Shown: positions 28,797-37,995, counted from the first letter of the stretch. The stretch is DNA of 64,000 nt from Thermomicrobiales bacterium (GCA_046328335.1 JAXLWU010000001.1:474586-538585); one strand, 5' to 3'. Made by a program: numbers and translations. The notes: generated by a model from the sequence alone, not told the origin.

Positions 28797-29095
28797 GGAG
28801 CGCGCGGGATTGACGTGAGCAAGGGGTGGCTGGCCGTGGACCGCCGTGATTACGTGTGGGTGACGCGCTTCCCCAACGACGTGGCGCGCCAGTCCGCTCG
28901 GGTGCGACCAGACGGGGGTCCTGCGCGCCATTCCCGCCATCGGCCCGGTCATGACGGCAACGCCGCTGGGGTGCCTGCCGGAACTGCGGACGCTCGATCG
29001 GCCCGAAGCGGCCGCCCTGGCTGGGTTGGCGCCGCTCAACCAGGATCGCGGGACGCACCCTGGTCCGCCGACGGCGCAGACGGCGCCTAACCCTG
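28797..29095 (+). pseudogene. IS110-family transposase remnant (N-terminal about 35 aa fused out of frame to a C-terminal fragment; the middle is deleted)
   Basis: Frame 3: GIDVSKGWLAVDRRDYVWVTRFPNDVARQSARV (DEDD N-terminus). Frame 1: LRAIPAIGPVMTATPLGCLPELRTLDRPEAAALAGLAPLNQDRGTHPG (Transposase_20 helix-hairpin region). Stops lie in between. Confidence 0.7.
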
Positions 29096-29124
29096 CCGCA
29101 AGGCGTGCCATCCCAATACGGTTG

Positions 29125-29150
29125 CTCTCCCGTTCCGACAGGAGAGGGGC
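29125..29150 (+). repeat. Family-A hairpin-only copy (CTCTCCCGTTCCGACAGGAGAGGGGC)
   Basis: Read directly. Lies between the IS remnant and the stop of the minus-strand murein hydrolase gene. Confidence 0.6.
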
Positions 29151-29230
29151 CTTTCTCGTCGGCAAACCACGCGCTCACGCCTCAACGGCGAATCAGCCCG
29201 GCTTCTCGCCTCGCCCACGCCCCGAGTTCG

Positions 29231-30862
29231 TTACTGACAGACCCATTCGCTCTTGCGGCCTTGTGACCACATCCAGCCAGCGGCGTTGGCGTTGGCCTTG
29301 GGATCGAAGATGTCCTGATCGCCGAACGGCGTCGATTTCCAGGTGGGGCGGATGAACTGGAAGAGACCGTACGACCCAGAGGGATTCACCGCGTAGGGAT
29401 CGAGGTTCGATTCGCAGCGGGCGACGCGCAGCATCGCGGTGCGGGACTGTCCGTAGCGGTCGGCGGCGTCGTAGATGATGTGGATGATCTGATCTTCGCT
29501 GTATTGCTTGCCGTCGCGTCCGCCTTTGTCCGCTTCCGGTTCGGGATCGGCTGGGGTCGAGAGATACTCGTTCGAGACCCACCCGATCTGATCTTTGAAA
29601 TTGACCCGCTGGAAGCCATATTCCATCACGCCGGTGAGGACCACCCGTGAACCGGCGGGGATTACGGCAACCGGTTCCTCGTCCGCGCTCGGTCCTGCTC
29701 GCAAGCTGAGATCGACGACGGTGTAGGCGACGCCAGAGCCGGGACGCGGCGTCCTGGTATCGACCGGCTCCGCGTCCTTGGCGTCGAGGGTTTCATCAAC
29801 GGAGGCGATGGGATCGCCGAGTTGATCACGGGCGGACCAGCCGACGACTTCCTTGTAGCGTACCGAGACGTAGCCGTTCTCGAGTTGCCCGGTCTGCTCG
29901 ACCGCGCTCCCCGCCGGTACGGTGAAGATCAGCGCGTAATCCGGGCCGGGGCCACTGAAGACCGGCATGTTGACCAGGGAACTGGCCGGTCCTTGCGGGG
30001 CGGGATCGGGTGTCGGCTCCGGAGTCACCTCTGGTTGTGGCGCGGGCGTCTGCGTCGTGTCGGCGTCGCCTTTAGCGGTGCTATCGGATTGAGCGGCCGG
30101 CGTTGGACTTGCGCCCATGTCCGTCGGCGTCATCGTTACCTCCGCCGCCGTTGCGCTATCGACCGGCGGTTGGGAGACGGGCTCGCTCGCGGTGTCGGTT
30201 TCGGTGGCGTCGGTTGTCGCGGCGGCGGTGGACGTCGCCGTCAATTCAGCGTCCAGGGCGCTGGCCACGGCGGGGTCAGGCGCCGGTTCGGTGACCAGGG
30301 TCTGCGCGTCAGCGGGAGCGGTGTCCGTCGGCTCCGCGGCAACCGATTCGGTGGCAGTCGCATCCGGAGACGCCGGTTCCGATGCGATTTCGACGGTGTC
30401 GGTGGCGACCGGCTGCGCCGGTTCGGTTGCTGCCGGCTCGGCTGCCTCAGCAGCAGCCGGCTCCGCGGCAGTTGGGGTCGGCTCGGTCCCGGTCTGGCTG
30501 TCGTCGCTGGTTTGTGCCGATGCCACCTCCTCGCCGGAGGCGGTGAAGCCGCTGTCCGCGGTGGCCTCTTCCGTGGCGACGTCTTTCACGACGGAGAGGG
30601 TCTCGCCGACCAGCCAACCGGTGACACCGCTGACGCTGACCGGGTAGTACTCGTCGACCGGTGGTCCCTCGATCATCACCTCGGTGCCAACGGGCAACAG
30701 GGCGACCAACGGTGAGCCCGGATCAGGCGCTTCATGCAGCGGCGCCTCGATGTTGACCGTCGCATCAGCGGACTGGCCAGCAACAGGCGACCACGGCAGA
30801 AACGCAAGCACCGCGACGAATGTCAGCGCGGCGCGAAACCACACAAGAACCGACCTGGACAT
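29231..30862 (-). CDS. Secreted murein hydrolase: signal peptide, three SH3b-like domains, Ala/Thr/Pro/Glu-rich linker, C-terminal SLT lytic transglycosylase domain
   Basis: MSRSVLVWFRAALTFVAVLAFLPWSPVAGQSADA. SH3b-like ...GWLVGETL / ...GWSARDQL / ...GWVSNEYL. SLT motif CESNLDPYAVNPSGSYGLFQF. ATG at 30862. Confidence 0.85.
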   Translation of the reverse strand: MSRSVLVWFRAALTFVAVLAFLPWSPVAGQSADATVNIEAPLHEAPDPGSPLVALLPVGTEVMIEGPPVDEYYPVSVSGVTGWLVGETLSVVKDVATEEATADSGFTASGEEVASAQTSDDSQTGTEPTPTAAEPAAAEAAEPAATEPAQPVATDTVEIASEPASPDATATESVAAEPTDTAPADAQTLVTEPAPDPAVASALDAELTATSTAAATTDATETDTASEPVSQPPVDSATAAEVTMTPTDMGASPTPAAQSDSTAKGDADTTQTPAPQPEVTPEPTPDPAPQGPASSLVNMPVFSGPGPDYALIFTVPAGSAVEQTGQLENGYVSVRYKEVVGWSARDQLGDPIASVDETLDAKDAEPVDTRTPRPGSGVAYTVVDLSLRAGPSADEEPVAVIPAGSRVVLTGVMEYGFQRVNFKDQIGWVSNEYLSTPADPEPEADKGGRDGKQYSEDQIIHIIYDAADRYGQSRTAMLRVARCESNLDPYAVNPSGSYGLFQFIRPTWKSTPFGDQDIFDPKANANAAGWMWSQGRKSEWVCQ

Positions 30863-31049
30863 CGGCGGCGCCCTTCCCTCCACCCCTCGACGGGGTTCCC
30901 TGGCAGCCGCGTCACCCGGGGGCGACGGCGCACGTGCTCGACCCGTTCCCTCGGCGGGCCGATCGCTCAGTTGTAACGCGAGGTCGGGGGCGTCCGTTTC
31001 GGAGTGTACGGACAAACCGTACGCGATCGCAAGGTTTAGTACTTCCAGG

Positions 31050-32009
31050 CTATCCGGTCGCCGGCTCCGTCGGGTGCGCGGCGAGGAGCGCCGCGACCTC
31101 CTCCAGACTCGGCAGCGAGACCTGGGCGCCGAGCGAGCAGCAGGCCAGCGCGCCAACGGCGTTGGCGAAGCGACCGATCTCTGGCCACGACCAGCGCTGC
31201 GCCATGCCCCAGGCCACGCCGGCGACAAACGCATCACCGGCGCCGGTGGGATCGATCGCCGAAACCGGGAACGCCGGGATGTTGAAGCGCTCGTTCTCGG
31301 TGATCACGCGGCAACCCTCCTCCGCGCGGGTGACCAGCGCGGCCCGCAGGTTCTGACCGCGCATGCGGTGTTGCAAGGCGGCAATGGCGTCGCTCAGGGT
31401 CCAGGTTCCGGTGACGTAAAGGAGATCACGCTCGTTGCTGACGATGACGTCATGCCGCAACGCAAGGTCAAAGACGTCGGAGGTTTCGCCTTCGACGAGA
31501 TTTGTGAGGGGACCGAGCAAGCGAACGGTGGGGACGGTGTGGGCGGGGAGATCGAGGAGCCACCGGCGCAGAGGTCCATCGGCCACGTCGAGAATGACGA
31601 CGTCGTTCATCAGGAGATCCGAGATTGCCAGAGGATCGTGTCGGACGAGGGTCGCGCCTTTCTCCCAGTAAACCGTGCGGTCCAGAGGTTGCTGGCTCAC
31701 GATCATGGTCGCGAGATCGGTAATTTCTCCTGGCTTGACGACGAGCCACTCCGTGTTCACGTTCTCGGCGGCCAACGCCGCACGAACCTCTACGCCGCGC
31801 TGGTCGTCGCCAATCGCGGCGGCGATCGCTACCTGACCGCCGAGCCGGGCGAGCGCCACAGCGGTGTTCCCGGTGTTGCCGCCCGGCGCCGAGATTTCTT
31901 CAGACACGATGGCCATGCCGCCCGCCGCCGGATAGGTCTCGACGGCGAGCAAGCGATCCCAGGAGACGAGACCGATACAGGCAAAACGCGGGTGACGGTT
32001 CGGCATCAT
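31050..32009 (-). CDS. PfkB-family carbohydrate kinase
   Basis: GGNTGNTAVALARLG near the N-terminus and DPTGAGDAFVAGVAWG near the C-terminus (the PfkB signatures). Confidence 0.88.
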   Translation of the reverse strand: MMPNRHPRFACIGLVSWDRLLAVETYPAAGGMAIVSEEISAPGGNTGNTAVALARLGGQVAIAAAIGDDQRGVEVRAALAAENVNTEWLVVKPGEITDLATMIVSQQPLDRTVYWEKGATLVRHDPLAISDLLMNDVVILDVADGPLRRWLLDLPAHTVPTVRLLGPLTNLVEGETSDVFDLALRHDVIVSNERDLLYVTGTWTLSDAIAALQHRMRGQNLRAALVTRAEEGCRVITENERFNIPAFPVSAIDPTGAGDAFVAGVAWGMAQRWSWPEIGRFANAVGALACCSLGAQVSLPSLEEVAALLAAHPTEPATG

Positions 32010-32677
32010 GGTCGCTCCAGCACCACCCGCGCCGGCGCACCGTCGCAGGCGGACAATTTCAAGGGAAGGCAGGTGAGCCGGTAGGGTCCGGACGAGACGT
32101 GGGAGAGATCGATCGTTTCGATGATCAACACGTCGTTCCCGAGCAGGATCTGGTGCGTCTCGATGTTGCGTTCCCCGAATGGGCCGACTGAGAGATAGTC
32201 GATACCGACCAGGTTGATGCCCTGCGCCACGATCCAGCGCGCGGCGTCAGGAAGTACGGCGACGTAATCCTCCCGAAATGGCAACAATGACACGCCATCC
32301 CAACTGGCCCACTCGCGGGAGTTGCGGGTATGGAGGAGCAGACGTGCGACGCCGGAGGGAACACCGGCCGTCTCCAGGTCAGCGACACCGATCTGGTCGA
32401 TCTCGTCCGGGATGCGCGCCACGAAACAGGGACCATTCCAGCGGGAAAGGGGAATCTCATCCAGGCGGCGGCCGTTGTCGATGAAGTGCCAGTTGGCGTC
32501 GACGTGGGTTCCGGCGTGGCTCGTCAGTGCGAGAAGGGTCACGTTGCTCGGCGCCCCCTGCGCGATGCGTCGCAGCGGGTCCATGACGACCGGGCGATGC
32601 GTCGGCCAGACCCGGATGCCAGGACTGCACGGGATGGTCACGTCGATGATTTCGGGATCGGACGGCGGAATTGACAC
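32006..32677 (-). CDS. Cyclase-family protein (second copy)
   Basis: IIDVTIPCSPGIRVWP...SHAGTHVDANWHF...VGIDYLSVG. GTG at 32677 proposed; the ORF is open to 32821 but would then overlap the divergent gene. Confidence 0.75.
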   Translation of the reverse strand: MSIPPSDPEIIDVTIPCSPGIRVWPTHRPVVMDPLRRIAQGAPSNVTLLALTSHAGTHVDANWHFIDNGRRLDEIPLSRWNGPCFVARIPDEIDQIGVADLETAGVPSGVARLLLHTRNSREWASWDGVSLLPFREDYVAVLPDAARWIVAQGINLVGIDYLSVGPFGERNIETHQILLGNDVLIIETIDLSHVSSGPYRLTCLPLKLSACDGAPARVVLERP

Positions 32678-32713
32678 GGCCCTCCCTGACCAAGCGGGGA
32701 GTACCTCCCCACG

Positions 32714-33949
32714 GTGTCGCCTCACGAACCGTATCATGCCGTCACAGGCAGCGTGCATGTCAAGCAGGGAGCAGGAGACGTGGTAGCGACGGAAGGGACA
32801 GGTGCGTCCGACATACGGCAACGGGCACGGGCGCTGGCCGACGACCTTCGCCCGTACGAATCGCGGGTGGAAGACGCGGCGGACGCCGTCCCCACGGCGC
32901 TGGAGCGGGAAATCGTCGGCAGGTGCGTCCTGTCGGGACTCTTCGCGCCCAACCTGCCCTGGAATATGGGCGGGGCGGGGCTCTCGCTACGGGAGCAGGT
33001 CATCGTCGAAGAGGAGTTGGGTGGACTCACCAACTGGCTCTGGGCGGCGCTCTGGCGGCCGCCGAACGTGCTGGTGCATGCCACCCCCGCGCAGCAGGAG
33101 CGCTATGTCGGACCGTACACCCGGGGCGAAGCACGGGGCTGCTACGCCATCACCGAGCCTGGCGCGGGATCGGACGTTTCGCACCTGCAAACCGTGGCCA
33201 GGCGGGATAGCGGCGGCTGGCGGATTACCGGGGAAAAGTGGTTCGTCACGGGAGGGGACGTCGCGCGCTTCGTTCTGGTGGTGGCTATGGCCGAGACGAC
33301 CGACGGATCGACGCCGACGATCTTTTTCGTCGATCGTGATGCCCCCGGCGTCTCCTGGGGCCGGCATCCGAGATTCACCAACCACGCCCTGTACGGGCAC
33401 CCTGAACTGACGCTTACCGAGGTCCGGGTGACAGCAGAGGAGATCCTCGGCGGCGTAGGAGGTGGGATCAGCCTGACCCTGGACTGGTTTCGCGAGGAAC
33501 GGTTGATGATCGCCGCCCGTTGCGTCGGCGCGGCCAGACGCTGTCTCGAACTCGCCCACGCCTGGACACAGGAGCGAGAAGCGTTTGGCAACCGGATCGG
33601 CGAGTATCAGGGGATGCAGTGGCTGCTGGCCGACAGCGCGACCGAGCTGGCGGCCGCCCGGGCGCTTCTCTACCAGACCGTCGGCGCCATCGAAGGGGGG
33701 CTCGATCCCAAGGTGGCGCATGGTCAGGCGGCGATGGTCAAACTCTTTGCCTCGGAGATGGTCGGCCGCGTCGCCGATCGCGCGGTACAAGTCTTCGGGG
33801 GGCGCGGCTACATGCGCGAGAACCCCGTCGAGCGTCTCTGGCGCGATACCCGGATCGACCGCATCTGGGAAGGGACGAGCGAGATGCAGCGCCTGATCGT
33901 GGCGCGGGCGCTCGATCGCCGTGGGCTTGGTTCCCTGATCGATGGCTGA
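32714..33949 (+). CDS. Acyl-CoA dehydrogenase family protein
   Basis: CYAITEPGAGSDVSHLQT, ITGEKWFVTGG, QVFGGRGYMRENPVERLWRDTRIDRIWEGTSEMQ. Start uncertain. Confidence 0.88.
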   Translation: MSPHEPYHAVTGSVHVKQGAGDVVATEGTGASDIRQRARALADDLRPYESRVEDAADAVPTALEREIVGRCVLSGLFAPNLPWNMGGAGLSLREQVIVEEELGGLTNWLWAALWRPPNVLVHATPAQQERYVGPYTRGEARGCYAITEPGAGSDVSHLQTVARRDSGGWRITGEKWFVTGGDVARFVLVVAMAETTDGSTPTIFFVDRDAPGVSWGRHPRFTNHALYGHPELTLTEVRVTAEEILGGVGGGISLTLDWFREERLMIAARCVGAARRCLELAHAWTQEREAFGNRIGEYQGMQWLLADSATELAAARALLYQTVGAIEGGLDPKVAHGQAAMVKLFASEMVGRVADRAVQVFGGRGYMRENPVERLWRDTRIDRIWEGTSEMQRLIVARALDRRGLGSLIDG

Positions 33950-36038
33950 GGAACACGGGCAGCGGCCCTCGCTGGCGCCGCTGCTGCGGGCGCGGTCATT
34001 CGCGGTCGTCGGCGCCAGTGCCACGCCGGACACCTTCGGCAGCGCGCTCTGGCGACAACTTCGCGACGGCGATCACGGCGGCGCGGTCTACCCGGTCAAC
34101 CCTGGCCGCTCCGAGATCGATGGCGCGCCCTGCTACCCCTCGCTCGCCGCGTTGCCGGAACCGGTCGATTGCGCGCTCCTCGCGGTGTCCGACGCGCGAG
34201 TGGAGGAGTCGCTGCGCGCCGTTGCCGAGGCAAGGATTCCCGCGGCGGTCATCTTCGGGGGCTTGCCGGTTCCGGGGGATGAGTCACCGCTGCCAGAGCG
34301 GTTGCGGGCGATCGCGGGGGAGGCGGGGATCACGCTGCTTGGCGGCAACGCGATGGGGTTCTACAACGCGGTAGACCGCCTCTATGTCTCCGGTTACCCG
34401 CCCCAGACGCGGCCGCCCGCGGACGGAATCGGGTTCATCAGCCACAGTGGGTCGACTTTTTCCGCATTTGCCAACAACCAGCGCGGGCTGCGCTTTTCCT
34501 ACCTGATCTCGCCAGGACAGGAACTCGTTCTCACCGCGGCCGATTTCCTCTGGTTCCTGCTGGAGCAGCCGGAGACGCGCGTTGTCGGCCTCTTCCTGGA
34601 AACAGTGCGCGATCCGGAGCGGTTTGTCGCTGCCCTGGCGGAATCGGCACGACGAAAAATTCCGGTCGTGGTGCTCAAGGTCGGAACATCGGAGCAGGGC
34701 CGCGCGATGACCATGGCGCACAGCGGCGCCCTGGCGGGATCGGACGCGGCGTTTGCCGCGGTGTGCGACCGCTGGCACGTCATCCAGGTGCGGTCGCTCG
34801 ATGAAATGGCGGACACGCTGGAACTACTGGCGGCGCCGGTGCGGCCCCGGGGAGGCGGTCTGGCCCTGGGCGGCGATTCCGGAGGGGAGCGGGCGTTGAT
34901 TGTCGATCGCGCCGCCGAGATCGGCGTGCCATGGGCGGTGGTCTCCGACGAAACACTGGCGACGATCGGTTCCGTGCTCGATCCCGGCCTGGAACCGGCG
35001 AACCCGCTCGATTTGTGGGGGAGCGGACATGACTGGCAGCAGGTGTACGAGACTTGTCTCGGCGCCCTGGCGCGCGACCCGGCGACCGGGATGATCGTAC
35101 TGGCGGTCGATCTCGTTCCCGGCAGCCGCCTCGTTCCGGGCTACTGCGAGGCGATCGAGCGGGTCGCGGCGGAGACGGGAACGCCCGCGGCGGTGATGGG
35201 GAATCTGACCGCCGCGATCGATCCAATCGCCGCGGGCTGGCTGCGGGAGCATGGTATTCCTGTCCTGATGGGGACCGATACCGGTCTTGCCGCGATTCGT
35301 CACCTGCTGGAGTGGCGCCCCGCGGAGCCTGACTGGGATTTCGCGCGGTTCAATGCGGCACGGAGCGAGAGGTGGCGGGAGGTGATCGGCGATCGCACCC
35401 AGCCTCTCGATGAAATCGAATCAAAGGCCGTGCTCGCCGACTGGGGCATACCGACTGTGTCGGAGCGAGTAGTCGACGGCGCGGCAGCAGCTGCCGCCGC
35501 GGCGGAGATGCTCGGCTGGCCGGTGGTGCTCAAGACCGCCGCGCCAGGGCTCATCCACAAGAGCGACGCGGGGGGAGTGAAACTGGGGCTGGCGGAGAGG
35601 GCGGAGGTGGTGGCCGCCTACGCCGAGTTGAACGAGCGCTTTGGTCCACGCGTCGTCGTGCAGCGGCACGTTTCGGCAACAGGGCGGGTAGAACTCTTTC
35701 TCGGTGTGAGCCGCGATCCGCAATTCGGCCCGCTGGTGACTGTGGGTCTGGGTGGCATTTGGGTCGAAGTGCTGCGCGATGTCCGGAATGTACTCCCGCC
35801 GATCGACGCCGCGGCGGCGCGGCGGCTGCTCCTTTCGCTCCGCGCCGCGCCACTCCTGCGGGGAGCGCGAGGAGCGCCGCCGGTCGATCTCCCGGCGCTG
35901 GCGACGACGATCGCCTCGTTCAGCCGCATGGCCGCATCGCTCGGCGACGTGATCGAGCAGATCGATGTCAACCCGCTTCTGGCCGGCCCGGAAGGCGTGG
36001 TGGCGGTCGATGCGGTGATCGTGCCACGGCGTTCTTAG
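33942..36038 (+). CDS. ADP-forming acyl-CoA synthetase (fused CoA-binding/ligase alpha and ATP-grasp beta domains)
   Basis: SFAVVGAS...VYPVNP, ISHSGS, then ATP-grasp ESKAVLADWGIPT...WPVVLKTAAPGLIHKSDAGGVKLGL. Overlaps the ACAD stop by 8 nt. Confidence 0.88.
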   Translation: MAEEHGQRPSLAPLLRARSFAVVGASATPDTFGSALWRQLRDGDHGGAVYPVNPGRSEIDGAPCYPSLAALPEPVDCALLAVSDARVEESLRAVAEARIPAAVIFGGLPVPGDESPLPERLRAIAGEAGITLLGGNAMGFYNAVDRLYVSGYPPQTRPPADGIGFISHSGSTFSAFANNQRGLRFSYLISPGQELVLTAADFLWFLLEQPETRVVGLFLETVRDPERFVAALAESARRKIPVVVLKVGTSEQGRAMTMAHSGALAGSDAAFAAVCDRWHVIQVRSLDEMADTLELLAAPVRPRGGGLALGGDSGGERALIVDRAAEIGVPWAVVSDETLATIGSVLDPGLEPANPLDLWGSGHDWQQVYETCLGALARDPATGMIVLAVDLVPGSRLVPGYCEAIERVAAETGTPAAVMGNLTAAIDPIAAGWLREHGIPVLMGTDTGLAAIRHLLEWRPAEPDWDFARFNAARSERWREVIGDRTQPLDEIESKAVLADWGIPTVSERVVDGAAAAAAAAEMLGWPVVLKTAAPGLIHKSDAGGVKLGLAERAEVVAAYAELNERFGPRVVVQRHVSATGRVELFLGVSRDPQFGPLVTVGLGGIWVEVLRDVRNVLPPIDAAAARRLLLSLRAAPLLRGARGAPPVDLPALATTIASFSRMAASLGDVIEQIDVNPLLAGPEGVVAVDAVIVPRRS

Positions 36039-36096
36039 TTTTCCATCGCCGCAATCACAGGTGACCAGGGGAAGTATGGTGGTTTCGCCGCGTGAA

Positions 36097-36196
36097 CCCT
36101 CACCCCAACCCTGGCTCCCTCCCAAGCCTCCCTCCGCCGGAGGGAGGGGTCGCCCTCCGGGGAGGGAGGAGTCTCCTGTCGAGCCGTGAGAGGGGC
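36097..36196 (+). repeat. Composite family-A repeat (A4) with internal CCTCCCTCCGCCGGAGGGAGG and CCCTCCGGGGAGGG hairpins
   Basis: Starts CCCTCACCCCAACCC and ends CTCCTGTCGAGCCGTGAGAGGGGC. A complementary GGGGTGAGGGG lies at 36273-36283. Confidence 0.7.
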
Positions 36197-36284
36197 TTCT
36201 GTCTCGATTGGTGCCGTCCCAAGCCGGTGACGATGCTCGATTTCAGCCATCCCTCCCCAATTTCCGCAATCAGGGGTGAGGGGC

Positions 36285-36313
36285 TTGACGTGGTCACATC
36301 GACTTGATAGGGT
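36285..36313 (+). promoter_or_regulatory. Candidate sigma-70-type promoter for the T-box/dapAB transcript
   Basis: TTGACG (36285-36290), 17 nt, TAGGGT (36308-36313). The -10 is weak. Confidence 0.35.
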
Positions 36314-36334
36314 ACGCCTACAACCGAAGAGCGA

Positions 36335-36627
36335 AGCATTGACGAGGACGAGTACCCGGCGCGAGCGGGCCAGAGAACCGCGGTAGCTGCAAAGCGGGAC
36401 CAGGGCCGCCGGCGAACAAGACCTCCGAGCTCCGCCCCGAACGCACAGGTGATGTGCCAGTAGGCGGCGGCGGGCGCCCGCAGGGGCGAACAGGCTCCCG
36501 TTACCGAGTCGCCGCATCGCGCATCGACGCTGTGCGGGCCAAGGTGGCCGGTGTGACTGGTCACGAAGTGGGGTGGTACCACGGGCATGACACCGCTCGT
36601 CCCCTGACCAGGGGCGGCGGTTTTTTT
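36335..36627 (+). promoter_or_regulatory. T-box leader RNA (tRNA-sensing riboswitch), apparent Lys (AAG) specifier
   Basis: TGACGAGGACGAGTA at 36340-36354. AGAGA at 36372-36376. GAA-C-AAG-A at 36414-36421 followed by CCTC pairing to GAGG at 36344-36347. CCGTTAC at 36498-36504. GGGTGGTACCACGG at 36571-36584. Terminator stem plus T7. Confidence 0.75.
36593..36627 (+). terminator. T-box intrinsic terminator
   Basis: CCGCTCGTCCCCT-GACC-AGGGGCGGCGG followed by TTTTTTT. Confidence 0.8.
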
Positions 36628-36891
36628 GTGCCGATGCATCCCTGGGAAACGCGCGGTGTCGCGGCGAAACGACGGCCGGGAGGCCACGATGATTCGCAAC
36701 CCGCGACGGTTACACCTCGAATCCTTCCTCCATCCGGAAGCAATCCGCGCCAAGCGGCTGGCGCCACGGCGAGTGCCGTAGGCGCCTGATTCGCCAGTCG
36801 TTTTCAACCGATACCTTTCAGATCGACGGTCCTTGTGCCCCACCGGGGTGGGTGCAAGGGTGGCGTATCGCATTGGCAGGAGCGCAATCCC

Positions 36892-37839
36892 ATGTTGACC
36901 ACGACTACGACGACCACCACGACCACGACACTGCAGCGGCAGTTGACCGGATGCTACACGGCGTTGATCACCCCCTTCCGGGATGGACGAATCGATGAAC
37001 CGGCGCTGGAGGCGCTGGTCGAACGGCAGATCGCGGGCGGCGTTTCCGGGCTGGTGCCGTGCGGCACCACCGGTGAGGCCCCGGCGCTGACTGCCGCCGA
37101 GTGGGATCGCGTCGTCGGCATCGTCGTCGCCGCCGCGCACGGCCGGGTGCCGGTGCTCGCGGGCACCGGCTCCAACAACACCGCCGCGGTGATCGAGCGC
37201 ACGGCGCGCGCGCGATCGTTCGGCGCCGACGGCGCGTTGATCGTGACCCCGTACTACAACCGGCCGACGCAGGATGGCCTGTACCGCCACTTTGCGGCGA
37301 TCGCCGATGCCGTGGAACTGCCGATCGTGCTGTACAACGTTCCAGGGCGTACCGGGGTGAATCTTCTACCGGAGACCGTCGTGCGGCTGGCCGAGATCCC
37401 GGGGATCATCGGGATCAAGGAAGCCAGCGGCTCGATGGACCAGGCGAGCCAGATCGTGCGCGAGGCTCCGGATGCGTTCGTGGTTCTTTCCGGTGACGAT
37501 TCCCTGACCTTGCCGATGATGGGGATCGGCGGCCGCGGCATCATTTCGGTCGTTTCTAATATCGTGCCGGATGCGGTCTCGGCGCTGACTGCCGCCGCGG
37601 CGGCAGGTGATTTCGCGACCGCCCGCGCGATGCACCTGGCCCTGTTCGATCTCTGCCGGGCGATGTTCGTGGAAACCAATCCGGTTCCGGTAAAGGCCGC
37701 CGCGGCGTTGCTTGGGTACTGCGCGCCGGATGTCCGCCTGCCGCTGGCGCCCTTGAGTGAATCGGCGCAGCGGCGGGTGGAGGCGGCGCTGGCGGCCTGG
37801 CAGACGACGCAGGCAGCGACGGGGCGGATTGCGGCGTAG
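36892..37839 (+). CDS. dapA: 4-hydroxy-tetrahydrodipicolinate synthase with an 11-Thr N-terminal tract
   Basis: ALITPFRDGRIDE, GLVPCGTTGEAP, YYNRPTQ, LYNVPGRTG, IIGIKEASG (Schiff-base Lys). ATG at 36892 is preceded by GGAG at 9-nt spacing. Confidence 0.9.
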   Translation: MLTTTTTTTTTTTLQRQLTGCYTALITPFRDGRIDEPALEALVERQIAGGVSGLVPCGTTGEAPALTAAEWDRVVGIVVAAAHGRVPVLAGTGSNNTAAVIERTARARSFGADGALIVTPYYNRPTQDGLYRHFAAIADAVELPIVLYNVPGRTGVNLLPETVVRLAEIPGIIGIKEASGSMDQASQIVREAPDAFVVLSGDDSLTLPMMGIGGRGIISVVSNIVPDAVSALTAAAAAGDFATARAMHLALFDLCRAMFVETNPVPVKAAAALLGYCAPDVRLPLAPLSESAQRRVEAALAAWQTTQAATGRIAA

Positions 37840-37872
37840 GTTTTGGTAATGGCCGCGGTCTCCCGGCGTGAG

Positions 37873-37923
37873 CCCTCACCCCAACCCCTCTCCCTGAGCG
37901 CAGGGAGAGGGGCTCCTGGTAAT
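37873..37923 (+). repeat. Family-A repeat, copy A5 (between dapA and dapB)
   Basis: CCCTCACCCCAACCCCTCTCCCTGAGCGCAGGGAGAGGGGC. Confidence 0.85.
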
Positions 37924-37995
37924 GAGGCATGCCTGGACCGGGAGACGGTTCACTGGTCTTCCGTGTGACCGGATGCAGATGCGGGAGTTGGAACG

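Noticed and set aside
28467-29178. ORFs 28467-29090 (+), 28470-29165 (-) and 28738-29178 (-) as real genes
   Set aside because: The region is better explained as a decayed IS110 remnant plus non-coding sequence. The ORFs cross frames of the transposase fragments.
36628-36891. A second riboswitch (L-box) or a leader peptide (30-codon ORF 36689-36781 with GGGAGG upstream) between the T-box terminator and dapA
   Set aside because: No L-box core motifs are visible. The mini-ORF has no Lys/Thr enrichment or other regulatory logic. An imperfect hairpin at about 36826-36862 is noted but unexplained.
36100-37290. 396-aa minus-strand ORF across the repeat cluster, the T-box and dapA
   Set aside because: It runs antisense through a recognisable T-box RNA and dapA, and it translates repeat elements.
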